Origin: Paraphysomonas bandaiensis
Lineage: Eukaryota > Protista > Chrysophyceae
Assembly (NCBI GenBank): GCA_965644295.1
Contig: CBFFRP010000519.1
Span: 1-14,586, forward strand
Direction of reading: 5' to 3'
DNA: 14,586 nucleotides
The translations under genes were made by a program, and so were the position numbers. Below are positions 1 to 11,530 of this stretch, in pieces. The stretch's first letter is position 1. Each line of letters starts with the position of its first letter. The notes below the pieces were generated by a model. The model saw nothing but the letters and a program-made list of their open reading frames with translations. It did not search any database and had not been told where the DNA came from.

Positions 1-2142
1 CCCTAACCCTAACCCTAACCCTAACCCTAACCCTAACCCTAACCCTAACCCTAACCCTAACCCTAACCCTAACCCTAACCCTAACCCTAACCCTAACCCT
101 AACCCTAACCCTAACCCTAACCCTAACCCTAACCCTAACCCTAACCCTAACCCTAACCCTAACCCTAACCCTAACCCTAACCCTAACCCTAACCCTAACC
201 CTAACCCTAACCCTAACCCTAACCCTAACCCTAACCCTAACCCTAACCCTAACCCTAACCCTAACCCTAACCCTAACCCTAACCCTAACCCTAACCCTAA
301 CCCTAACCCTAACCCTAACCCTAACCCTAACCCTAACCCTAACCCTAACCCTAACCCTAACCCTAACCCTAACCCTAACCCTAACCCTAACCCTAACCCT
401 AACCCTAACCCTAACCCTAACCCTAACCCTAACCCTAACCCTAACCCTAACCCTAACCCTAACCCTAACCCTAACCCTAACCCTAACCCTAACCCTAACC
501 CTAACCCTAACCCTAACCCTAACCCTAACCCTAACCCTAACCCTAACCCTAACCCTAACCCTAACCCTAACCCTAACCCTAACCCTAACCCTAACCCTAA
601 CCCTAACCCTAACCCTAACCCTAACCCTAACCCTAACCCTAACCCTAACCCTAACCCTAACCCTAACCCTAACCCTAACCCTAACCCTAACCCTAACCCT
701 AACCCTAACCCTAACCCTAACCCTAACCCTAACCCTAACCCTAACCCTAACCCTAACCCTAACCCTAACCCTAACCCTAACCCTAACCCTAACCCTAACC
801 CTAACCCTAACCCTAACCCTAACCCTAACCCTAACCCTAACCCTAACCCTAACCCTAACCCTAACCCTAACCCTAACCCTAACCCTAACCCTAACCCTAA
901 CCCTAACCCTAACCCTAACCCTAACCCTAACCCTAACCCTAACCCTAACCCTAACCCTAACCCTAACCCTAACCCTAACCCTAACCCTAACCCTAACCCT
1001 AACCCTAACCCTAACCCTAACCCTAACCCTAACCCTAACCCTAACCCTAACCCTAACCCTAACCCTAACCCTAACCCTAACCCTAACCCTAACCCTAACC
1101 CTAACCCTAACCCTAACCCTAACCCTAACCCTAACCCTAACCCTAACCCTAACCCTAACCCTAACCCTAACCCTAACCCTAACCCTAACCCTAACCCTAA
1201 CCCTAACCCTAACCCTAACCCTAACCCTAACCCTAACCCTAACCCTAACCCTAACCCTAACCCTAACCCTAACCCTAACCCTAACCCTAACCCTAACCCT
1301 AACCCTAACCCTAACCCTAACCCTAACCCTAACCCTAACCCTAACCCTAACCCTAACCCTAACCCTAACCCTAACCCTAACCCTAACCCTAACCCTAACC
1401 CTAACCCTAACCCTAACCCTAACCCTAACCCTAACCCTAACCCTAACCCTAACCCTAACCCTAACCCTAACCCTAACCCTAACCCTAACCCTAACCCTAA
1501 CCCTAACCCTAACCCTAACCCTAACCCTAACCCTAACCCTAACCCTAACCCTAACCCTAACCCTAACCCTAACCCTAACCCTAACCCTAACCCTAACCCT
1601 AACCCTAACCCTAACCCTAACCCTAACCCTAACCCTAACCCTAACCCTAACCCTAACCCTAACCCTAACCCTAACCCTAACCCTAACCCTAACCCTAACC
1701 CTAACCCTAACCCTAACCCTAACCCTAACCCTAACCCTAACCCTAACCCTAACCCTAACCCTAACCCTAACCCTAACCCTAACCCTAACCCTAACCCTAA
1801 CCCTAACCCTAACCCTAACCCTAACCCTAACCCTAACCCTAACCCTAACCCTAACCCTAACCCTAACCCTAACCCTAACCCTAACCCTAACCCTAACCCT
1901 AACCCTAACCCTAACCCTAACCCTAACCCTAACCCTAACCCTAACCCTAACCCTAACCCTAACCCTAACCCTAACCCTAACCCTAACCCTAACCCTAACC
2001 CTAACCCTAACCCTAACCCTAACCCTAACCCTAACCCTAACCCTAACCCTAACCCTAACCCTAACCCTAACCCTAACCCTAACCCTAACCCTAACCCTAA
2101 CCCTAACCCTAACCCTAACCCTAACCCTAACCCTAACCCTAA
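1..2142. repeat. Terminal telomere tract (CCCTAA)n, 357 units; left chromosome end
   Basis: Uninterrupted CCCTAA from base 1 to 2142. The C-rich strand at the 5' end is the expected polarity for a left telomere with a TTAGGG repeat. Confidence 0.99.
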
Positions 2143-2562
2143 TTAAAAAAGGTGTTTTTCAAAAAAAACTAGGATTTTTGACAAAAATCAGGGGTTTCTG
2201 TATGAAAACCGGGGTTTTCGCATTTTTGTCGCGAAGGGAGAAAACCTTCTATGACATATGTATGTCATATCTATCATATCTCAAGAACTACAACGAGTTA
2301 GTGTAAAGTAATTACATCAGTAGATTCAGCGTACCCATATTACTCTTGTAAAATGTTATGACATCTACATATAGAGCCTTTTGTGAAAAGTTATAAGCGC
2401 TTAAAGCTCTCGTGCGCTCACAGAGCCGCATTCACTGTATTCTATGTATTCTACATCAGGAATGTAACGAGATAGTAAGAATATTTTGTATGATTGGCTG
2501 AAATATGTTTCTTGAGCAGATCCAAACTTAAAAAGGGTAAGATGTGGGTGGGGATCAGCCTA

Positions 2563-2762
2563 TAACCCTAACCCTAACCCTAACCCTAACCCTAACCCTA
2601 ACCCTAACCCTAACCCTAACCCTAACCCTAACCCTAACCCTAACCCTAACCCTAACCCTAACCCTAACCCTAACCCTAACCCTAACCCTAACCCTAACCC
2701 TAACCCTAACCCTAACCCTAACCCTAACCCTAACCCTAACCCTAACCCTAACCCTAACCCTA
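2563..2762. repeat. Internal telomeric tract (TAACCC)~33, same orientation as the terminal tract
   Basis: Perfect TAACCC run separated from the terminal tract by 420 bp of non-telomeric DNA. Confidence 0.98.
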
Positions 2763-2876
2763 TCCCGGACCCGCTGAGGGTACACAACCACGGTTTCAAT
2801 GGAGACATTGAGCTTGGAGCTAGCTAAAAAGGTATAACTTTTTGTTGAACTGTGTTTTTCCAGAAGAGGAGGAATT

Positions 2877-3152
2877 CCCTAACCCTAACCCTAATCGAAT
2901 AGTTTGGACATCGTATAACCCTAACCCATCAGTAACTGAATTTAATTCCTTTGTAACTATAATCACCCGTTACACCTATGAGTTGACTTTACATATTGCA
3001 CACTGTTAACTCACTTCAATTGCACAATATATATCACATCATATTGCAGTACTCAACAACCCTAACCCTAACCCTAACCCTAATCGAATAGTTTGAAATC
3101 AAAACAAGCAAATTGTGAATTTGGTTAAATGCATTCTAAGTAACCCTAATCG
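2877..3152. repeat. Short telomeric seeds, including a 30-bp direct repeat CCCTAACCCTAACCCTAATCGAATAGTTTG
   Basis: Identical 30-mers at 2877-2906 and 3066-3095. Further TAACCCTAACCC near 2916 and TAACCCTAATCG at 3141-3152. Confidence 0.9.
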
Positions 3153-3283
3153 CCCAGATGACTGACAAACCTAAAGCAATATAATCTTGCAAAATTTATG
3201 AAGGTCTTGTCATACTTCGCTACTTCTATTAATATTTCACTATTTATAAAACACAGACGGAGACATGCATCATAACTTCTCGA

Positions 3284-6200
3284 CTAGGATAGCGTGGACG
3301 CTTGGAAATCACGAAGCAATCTGTTCGCCATTTGGTTGACCAACACTTGTCCCTCTTCCTGGGCGAATCGGCGGACTATGCTATACAAGTTGTGATCGAG
3401 AACTAACTGCCTAGGAGATGAATGATGTTGATGGATGTACTGCAGCATTCGCAAAAGAGATCGCAAAACAATAGCCTCTGAAGAGTTTAGACGAGTGACA
3501 ATAGCCAATACAAACAATCCAGAGGATCCTAGCGCCCTTGAGAGTACACGAGATTTTGACATCATGTCAAGAAGAGGTTTGTGTACAGTATTGATAGTTT
3601 GAACAGATGCAAGGCGGAAAAAATCTAATCGGGAAATTAGTACACAAAGACTACACAGCACTACGCGCAAACTTACCCACTAGTTTCGCGACATTTGCAG
3701 GCTCAATGAGAAGAGACTCAACACGTTGTCGGTCGTTGGCTAGCCTGTGTAGATTTATAAATAGAAGAATACGAAATAACGGCTACGAGATAGTACTAAC
3801 CATACTGCAAGTGAATTAAGCGCAAAGGTCTGCCAATATTTCTCTGTGAGAAGGTTTATATAGAAAACCACACCATTGTTGTTCCACAATTCTGCTCGCG
3901 CCACAGACGAGGTGTGTGCAAGATCGCAGATAATAGGTAAAGCGAACTGTTTGAGGTGCGAACCCTCATTAATGAAACGCTGAAGATGTGGAATGAGACC
4001 TTCAACAGCAGCGGTTTCTTGACGGCGTTTATTTATCCTGCAAAGGTTGTACATACACGGCAGGACATGATTCTTGCACCGCTCGCGAATGGGTCCGTCC
4101 AATAGAGGTATGAGAGTTCGAATTGCACCGATGTTTTCAAGATCAATTAAGCCAGTCGGTTCCATGCTTAAATTCTTAATACATTTTAGCAGAAGCTCCA
4201 TAGTCTCCACGTGTTCTGCAGACAGCTTACCACCAACGCGGTCATACAAGTGACGGAACTTGTCCACTGGGTCTGTGAGCTCTGCATCCTGCAAGGCCGT
4301 CATGATTACTTCAAGAACACCATCCCTGGCCATATGCTCTGCTATCTCGTATCGCGAAAATATCCAGAATATATTCGCTATTTTGTTGGCATATTTACTT
4401 TTCTCCTTCTGGTCACCTTCCTCAGCGATACGCAAAGCGAGCTCATCCGCATCAAGACTACTTCCACCATGGACAGCTGGTGGAGTAGGCACTGCCCCAT
4501 CCGATGCACTATGTCTGTGACCCTTGGTACCGTTTCTTATGCCCATCACATACTTAAAAGCCGCCGATAGATGTGGGAGAATACCCAACTTCACAAATAA
4601 ACGACAGAAATCTCTTGTGCGAGTGGATTGAACCGAAAAGACCTGCATGATACAGTCCAGTCCCATGTACACCATTTTTCTCGCGTCATCGGAGTGGCTG
4701 GAAGAGAGAGTGTTACTATGTTCTGGGCCGTGACTCATCTGTGCACTAAACGCTACCATATGTACGAGCACGGGTAACCCGCCTGCTCCTATAAGCATCT
4801 GGAGAGTGAGACTCGAAGTGGATGATATTTGATGGACAAATCGTGCAGCCTCTAAAACTACTGGGTCCACTCCTACAACATCTGACAACGCCGCACCTGG
4901 TCGACCCTTTGGATTGGGAGTATACTCCAGTAACCGCATCACAATTGGAATAAGACCGACAAGGGATAGTTGCTCCTGAGCGCGAGTACTTCCTTCAACG
5001 ATTTTGTTAATTACTCGAAGAACATGAGGCCGGACAGTTCCAGATCGTGCCTCAAGCATGTCCAAAACTGGTATATTCGACCTAAGCCCAGAACGTGCCT
5101 CAAGCATATCCAGGACGGGCAATACACCATGCTGTGTGATCAGGTGCTCACGTTGTTCGGGATACTTGTCAAAAGTCACTAACAGCTGGTTACATTTGTC
5201 AATCACATCTTTCTCTGAGCTATCGGGTTTAATAGATGCCATTAGTTGGCGGATATCTTTGGATCGACGGATGTCAACATCTCGGGTCTCGTTGTGTTGA
5301 AAATCATGCTCTTCGAACTGGAAATCTTCAAAGGCATCTGCTTCGGCTTCAACCGTCGTCTGCTTCAGTCGCTGCTGCAGTATTGCAGTCATCGAATTTG
5401 AAGGCTGGCTCTGTTGGCCTCTTCTATTAATAGAGTTACGACCTTTCTTCTCAATGGTGACTATCTCTGTCTGGGTTGCCTCCATTATGGTATCATCTAG
5501 ACCAAAGTCGTCCATGTTATCATCATCTGTCTCCTGGTACTTGGAAATATTAGGAACTAAGGCCGCGACGCTCACATGAGTGGATGACCGTGCATGCTTC
5601 CGCCTTTTACTATCGTCTGCGGACTGAATGTCGGCGGCATCAAGCTCTTCCTCCCAACCTGCAATACCTGCCTTATCTGACCGCAGCATACTTGCAAAGT
5701 CCTTTATATTGGAGCCCGTTGTGTTAGGACGAGTAGGATCAGTTGCATGGACGGGGAAAGAGTTCTTCGCTAAAGCCCTGGTCGGCTCCTCACCCATAGC
5801 ATCCCAGTCTTCATCCGATTCGCCTTCAGATTCAACTTGAACTACTCCAGGATCAAGGGACGATCTATCTCGAGTATCTTCTCCCTCATCCACATCCCAT
5901 TCACCAGAAGAGATACGGTGGTCGGGGTGAGCGTGGGAGCTAGCAGCAGATGTATCAGAATTTGACCCCTTTCGTGTCATCTCTGAAACTCCCCCTGTCT
6001 GTGCCAAGTTCTTCTTCATGTCCTTCTGGAACATCTTTATCGTTGCCACGATAACCTGCGTGTCTTGGTCATTCCCGGACTGACCCACAGAGGACGGTAG
6101 GAAATCCGCCGGATTGTTGGTATTGTTGGACTGGTTCTGTAACCATGGGTGTTCGAGGAGCTTATCTGCGGTCTTTCTCATGGCAGGCTCCTTCTGAAAA

Positions 6201-7198
6201 CATAATAATAAAAAGTCCCTAAGTGCCTGAGAGATTCCTTCGGGGAGGGGGGGGAAGTCGTCCTGCACGATACGGAAAAGGGCAGCCATCGGGGCCAGAT
6301 CGAAATAAGGGGGTTTCCCGGTAAGCAGCTCGATGATCAGACATCCCACAGACCTACAACCAGCATTCAGTTCTACTATAGGCGATCATAAACGCACTTT
6401 ACGCTCACGTACCAGATATCACACGCCGGGGTAGGTGTGGACATCTCAATAATCTCAGGAGCCATCCAGTAGGGAGTCCCGACCACATACTGCTCATCAT
6501 CAGCAGGTACGTCGCTCAGCTTCATTGCTACACCAAAGTCCGCAAGTTTCACTTGACCATCTTTACTTGTCAGTATATTAGCGCCCTTAATATCTCTGTG
6601 CAATACGCCCTGCTCGTGTAAGTATTTGAGCCCGCGCAATACCTGCACAACATAGATCGCAGCAAGAGACTCCGAAAAAGATCCAAACTTCTTTATTATA
6701 CTTTGTAGTGACCCATTTTCCATAAACCTACCAATAAATTATAATTGTGGAATGCGATATGAATGAAAATGACTTACTCAAGAACTATATAGAGGAAACT
6801 TTCGGTTCTAATGGTGTCAACATATTTCACGATATTGGGGTGATTTAGCTTTTTCATCAACTCAATTTCAGCCTGTCCCAACCTCAAATAATGACTTCAA
6901 ATATATATATCAAAACACCTCTATTTGTCCTAAGGACTCGGCATCAATTGAGTTGAGAGGAAATCGTTTAACTGCGTAAAACTCCCCTAATTCGGCGTTA
7001 AATGCCTGATAAACAACTGCGAATCCTCCCCTCCCGATTTCCGTTCCAATTTGCTGCAAAAGATATGACGAAAATCATCACAGCAAATAGCTTCACACTC
7101 ACATAATGATATCGCCCATCAGTAATCTTTTCAGGGATCGACTCAGCGGTGTTGCTGGACTCCCGTTTATTCGGACGATGATTTTTCTGGTGTGGCAT
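3284..7198 (-). CDS. STE-group Ser/Thr kinase of the Cdc15/Cdc7(S. pombe)/SepA/MAP3K-epsilon type: N-terminal kinase domain, acidic linker, C-terminal ARM-like helical region; 7 exons, 1200 aa
   Basis: Manually spliced exons 7198-7103, 7053-6919, 6872-6778, 6727-6413, 6353-3801, 3744-3677 and 3624-3284 total 3603 nt in frame. Six GT-AG introns of 49, 46, 50, 59, 56 and 52 nt. Kinase motifs: [79 protein letters not shown]. The C-terminal [14 protein letters not shown]...[14 protein letters not shown] segment is typical of this family. Confidence 0.95.
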
Positions 7199-7639
7199 AT
7201 TGCTATCAACAGCTAAAATAAAGGAAGGTGCTCACTGTTCATTGTGGAGAACAATCAAGCTTATCCAAAATGCAACTATGACACGTATAAAAATGAATAA
7301 AGCTACGCTGACTGTTTATTTATATTTACAGATCAAGTACAGTTGTATAGTGTGTATGTATGTATGTATGTATGTATGTATGTATGTATGTATGTATGTA
7401 TGTATGTATGTATGTATGTACAGTATGTAGGTATGTATGTATGTATGTATGTATGTATGCATGTGTATCGGTAGGTGCTCTGTGTATATATATGTATACA
7501 GTATTTATGTAGTTTTCAGTGTTGCAGCAGATATGTTTTGACCTGTTCTGTTCAGAGTGTTGGTGTTCGATACAGTATTTCTTTGATGTATACACTGAGC
7601 TGAGAGAATGGTAGCAGCTAGGGATGCATTGTTTTGAAT
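7199..7639. promoter_or_regulatory. Probable shared divergent promoter region (441 bp) between the kinase and GT47 genes
   Basis: Head-to-head start codons at 7198 (-) and 7640 (+). No specific promoter motif identified. Confidence 0.5.
7353..7459. repeat. (TATG)n tetranucleotide microsatellite in the divergent intergenic region
   Basis: About 25 TATG units with a short interruption near 7421-7431. Confidence 0.97.
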
Positions 7640-9308
7640 ATGCGCATTAACAAATCTAGTGCAACTACAGCGGTTCTTTTTCTGTCAATTTTTTTCGCTG
7701 CTGCAGAAGAGAAGTGCAACTCGCAGGGGAAATATTTCTATATATATGATTGGCCAGATGAGCTGACTAATTTGTGGCCTAATGTCACGAAATCCACTGC
7801 CGATCTTACTACTACAGCCAGTCTTTATCACGGAGCTGGTGCTATTTTAGACTCGAATATTGGACTGCATGAAACATTTCAGTTTGGTAATATATCTCTG
7901 CTTCTCGTATGAAATCATTTGTGTGTGTTATGTTGCAGCTCTATTTAAACTATTCATTGGGCGTGCTATGCTAGACCCTCGGAGGACGCTAGACCCAGAG
8001 AATGCATCTCTATTTTTCATTCCATATGATAGTGGTATTGATGCCAGCATGAGCAGAGTATGAGATAACTGTACACATTTTGTAGTACAACTGACGGTTC
8101 TGTGTAGAAAGGATTAGTGCGAGCTCCTGGTTGTCCTCGTGCCCAAATGGTTTGTATTTTGAAGTATTCTGCATGTAACTTGTAATGTCCAGTGCGTAGG
8201 TCATGAATACTCTTCTCAATGGAAAACATTTTCTGCGTAACTATGGACATGATCACTTCATCGTTCACTCAATCAATCAAGCTATGGGTTTCATGCATAG
8301 GAGACCTGGCTGTCGAATGTATCTCGGTCACTTTTGTGAGAATTGTACGAAGCTCGCAATTGACACTTATCCTAATGTAAGTTGTGAATATGATCAATGT
8401 ACGGCTTGCTTACAGTTACTAGTGTGGTGATTCGCCCCACTGGCATGCGGTGCCTTTCCCTTCCAATACCCACTGGTCTAGTAGAGTCAGCCACCTGCCT
8501 TGGGAGTATTCCCCTGAGAAGAGGAAATTTGCTGTCTCCTTTACTGGGACTGTGCTGTCACACAGCAAGAAATCAGTGTAAGTGTGATGAAGTTAGGGCT
8601 GATGCAATGTTTTGGCTAACAGCACTCTATGTGTAGTATTATTCGACGCCGTATGCGGGAGAGCTGTTTGAAGCATCCAGACAACTGTCACTTAAATGAA
8701 ATGAAGAGTCACTTTTCTGGCAGCAGCCCTCCGAATTGGGCTGTGGCAGCTAACAGCACATTTTGTCTGATGCCACCGGGTGACATGCCCACAAGGAAAG
8801 GTATTGTATTCATATTGTATGTGGCGAGGTACTAAGCAATCTAAACCTCGCTACTTTAGGTTTCTTTGATTCAATTCTATTTGGCTGCATCCCTGTTGTA
8901 TGTGATCGATATTCTGCTCACCGTCAGTGGGAATGGAACCTTGGTTTGGACGTTGCTTTGGCCACAACTGTGTATATTCCCTGTTGGAAGCTACTCCATA
9001 ATTCTGAATTCGACTTGGTCGAAATGTTAGTCACTATGCATAATGAACACGATGAAGTCTTGTTGAAGCGTGAGGCGATATCGAAACATGCTGCGGGTCT
9101 GCAGTACAGATTAGTTGAAGACAATCACTCTGTTACTCCACCCAGAGATGCGTACGATATCATTATGGACAAGCTTTTTGATACGTTAACTGTAGATTTT
9201 GTGAAAGAACAAGTTAGAAATCCTCGTGATACCGGTGATCATAATTATGTTGATAAGTTTCCCAATTACCCGAAAGGAAAATACAACAGAAACTTTACTG
9301 TATCATAA
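7640..9308 (+). CDS. Exostosin-family (GT47) glycosyltransferase with MUR3/KATAMARI-like motifs and an N-terminal signal/anchor; 7 exons, 450 aa
   Basis: Exons 7640-7886, 7939-8057, 8108-8149, 8200-8376, 8423-8577, 8637-8800 and 8860-9308 total 1353 nt in frame. GT-AG introns of 52, 50, 50, 46, 59 and 59 nt. Motifs: [74 protein letters not shown]. Hydrophobic N-terminus AVLFLSIFFAAA. Confidence 0.92.
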
Positions 9309-10292
9309 GTTTGTGTTTATTTCGCTGAAAGTAAATGGTATAGATCCTAGTTCTCTCTATCTTTTACATGAGTAAATAAATTTTGAAATACTGTTTTAGC
9401 TGATGACCTAGAAGAGTGTGTGGAAAGGAATGTATTTATTGGTTGGTAAATAGGATAGTGCTAGTTTTCTACTAGGATTCACATTGTAACTGAGGGCTAG
9501 CTAAAAGGTGGATGAACACACAGAAGGAATTAAACTCAGTTACTCATCTCTAACTATCTGACAGCTATGGTGATGTGAGATTTACTGGTTAACGTATGAT
9601 AAACAGATGTAACAACAATAAAACAGATGTTGCATGTTGCATAATGCATTTATGTGCTGGTCGGAAAGGAATATGATGTTAATAGCACTATAATATATTG
9701 AAAGTCTTATTGTTAGCAATAGGCGTTAAAAACCTGCACCAACTTAGTAGCTAGATGAATGCAGACAAACCAGTTAGACCTCTACTTGTAACTAATCAGT
9801 ACATTTATACTACTATTTAACGCTACGGAAGCTGCTTGTGCGTTGCCGCAAGCACCAAGGTGCGACCACTTTCGCTCTGAGTTCTAAAGGTGAACATCCC
9901 GGATGCATGACTTCAGCAGGAAGTTCAACACCCTTCAGGTGGCCCTGTCCCGGCTGCCCTTGAGGTGGGCCCATTCCCGGATGCCTGTTTATTCGTCCCT
10001 CAACAAAGTCGGACTCGCACCTTTTCGTGGTGTTCTGGGGGATAAGTACTGGAGACATTAAGTCGAGGTAATACCAAAACCTGGTTTTTGATGTATAACC
10101 TGGCGAAATTTTTGATGATGGTTTGAAAAGGGTATAACTATGCACAATAAGTAACTATGAAGATATTAACAGTGTGAAAAGTATTATTTATAATATTTTT
10201 TACTAATTGCTTCCATATTACTTCAGTTTTACAGCTATAAAAGTCACCGACTACACAACATATATATTACATACAGTTCACAAGTATGAACT

Positions 10293-10504
10293 ATAACCAT
10301 CTCACTATACACCACTTTACTATCTCACTATAAACACCACTATATACCATCTCAAAATACACCCACATACCATCTCACTATACACCTATATACCATCACA
10401 CTATATACCACTATACCATACCACTATACCATCTCACTATACCATCTCACTATACTATCTCACTATACACCCATATATATACTATCTCACTCTATACACC
10501 ACTA
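10293..10504. repeat. Degenerate G-free minisatellite built from ACCATCTCACTAT / ACCACTAT units
   Basis: Visible imperfect tandem units with essentially no G on the + strand. Confidence 0.9.
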
Positions 10505-10508
10505 ATAG

Positions 10509-11210
10509 TGGAGGCTAAAGAAAGAGGAGCACATAAGCAGGCAAGACTGGACGCCCGTAGGAAGGAGGAAGGGTGAGACTTAGAGGAGGACAGGTCCAGT
10601 GAGATTGATTTTATACCTCCCACCACCGTTGACATGCTGAAGAAGCGGACCCCAGGGAACAAACAAAAGGTCACCACACGAATAAACAGTTCTGATGAAG
10701 AGGATATTCAGCAGGAGACTTCATCTCATGATAGTGACCCCTTGACCACTTACTCTGTTGGTAATGAAATTATTACTGTCACCAAAATGCGTGGCACTAT
10801 ACATGCTATAAATGATGATGGTACTTACCATCTTGTTTACAAGAACAGCAATAAGAAAGCTGCTAGCAGAGAGGACAAGTCCGTGCTTCCCAAGCACTTC
10901 TCCCTTGCACCTGGTATGTGTATCGATTAGTTTGTTATATTTTTCTTTTATATTTTTACGACAACAGCCCCACAGAAAACTCCAGCACACTCCAATAGGA
11001 GAAAATGTGTCAAGACATGGGATTACGTTCAAGAACCTGTTCAAGAGTGGGTACATACTGGCGCAGTTGGTGCTGCTCCTATTGTATCAGAACTGTTGCA
11101 GATTACCTGGTGTAGAATCTTGGTAGAGTATGCAATGTGGTTGTGTATATATAGTATACTATATTGCAACATATATATGTATATCCGTTACATGTTTAGG
11201 TTATTATAAC
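10509..11210 (+). pseudogene. Decayed spliced gene fragment inside the TIR element, with a Tudor/Agenet-like beta-barrel motif
   Basis: The frame opens after CTAATAG (10508) as EAKERGAHKQARLDARRKEEG*DLEED...MLKKR, with an in-frame TGA at 10574-10576. It contains YSVGNEI..RGTIHAINDDGTYHLVY..EDKSV. A 54-nt GT-AG intron at 10914-10967 keeps the frame open. The 3' end is uncertain. Confidence 0.5.
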
Positions 11211-11377
11211 CACTCTAATGACTTTAAAATATAATCAAAATGCATTAAAAACGCATCAATGCAACACCTACTACACTAGTTTAAACAAAACGCTGTCTAA
11301 TTTTAGTCAGCAGAATCATTTGTAAAATTTTTCCAGGTTTCGACCGTTTCACCAGGTTTTATGCCCAGGTCGACTTT

Positions 11378-11530
11378 ATACCATCTCACTATATACCACT
11401 ATACCATTTCACTATACACCCAGATACCATCTCACTATATACCACTACACCATCTCACTATATACATCACTATATACCACATATTACTATTCACCACTAT
11501 ATCATATATCACTATATACCACTGTACCAT
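11378..11530. repeat. Second tract of the ACCATCTCACTAT/ACCACTAT minisatellite
   Basis: Same units and orientation as 10293-10504. Confidence 0.9.

Larger units (their letters stand above)
10061..11375. mobile_element. Non-autonomous DNA-transposon-like element with imperfect ~53-bp TIRs, possibly PIF/Harbinger-like
   Basis: The left end AGTCGA..AAAACCTGGT..AACCTGG..AAATTTT (10061-10113) mirrors the right end AAAATTT..CCAGGTT..ACCAGGTTTT..TCGACT (11324-11375) with near-identical spacing. TTA lies on both sides (10058-10060, 11376-11378). No transposase seen. Confidence 0.6.

Noticed and set aside
2544-2808. ORFs encoding (TL)n, (RV)n and (GL)n
   Set aside because: Translations of the telomeric hexamer, not genes.
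3607-5840. Several + strand ORFs of 64-119 aa
   Set aside because: Antisense shadows of the kinase exons with no recognisable motifs.
7200-7595. ORFs with (CMYV)n / (HTYI)n
   Set aside because: Artefacts of the TATG microsatellite.
9600-9642. AAACAGATGT x2 and ATGTTGC x2
   Set aside because: Short slippage duplications in AT-rich DNA with no further structure.
9998-10059. tRNA- or 5S-derived SINE head
   Set aside because: No A-box/B-box (GTTCRA) at appropriate spacing and no cloverleaf.
10293-10504. CRISPR-like array or variant telomere repeat
   Set aside because: No constant repeat with unique spacers, the context is eukaryotic, and the units are unrelated to CCCTAA.
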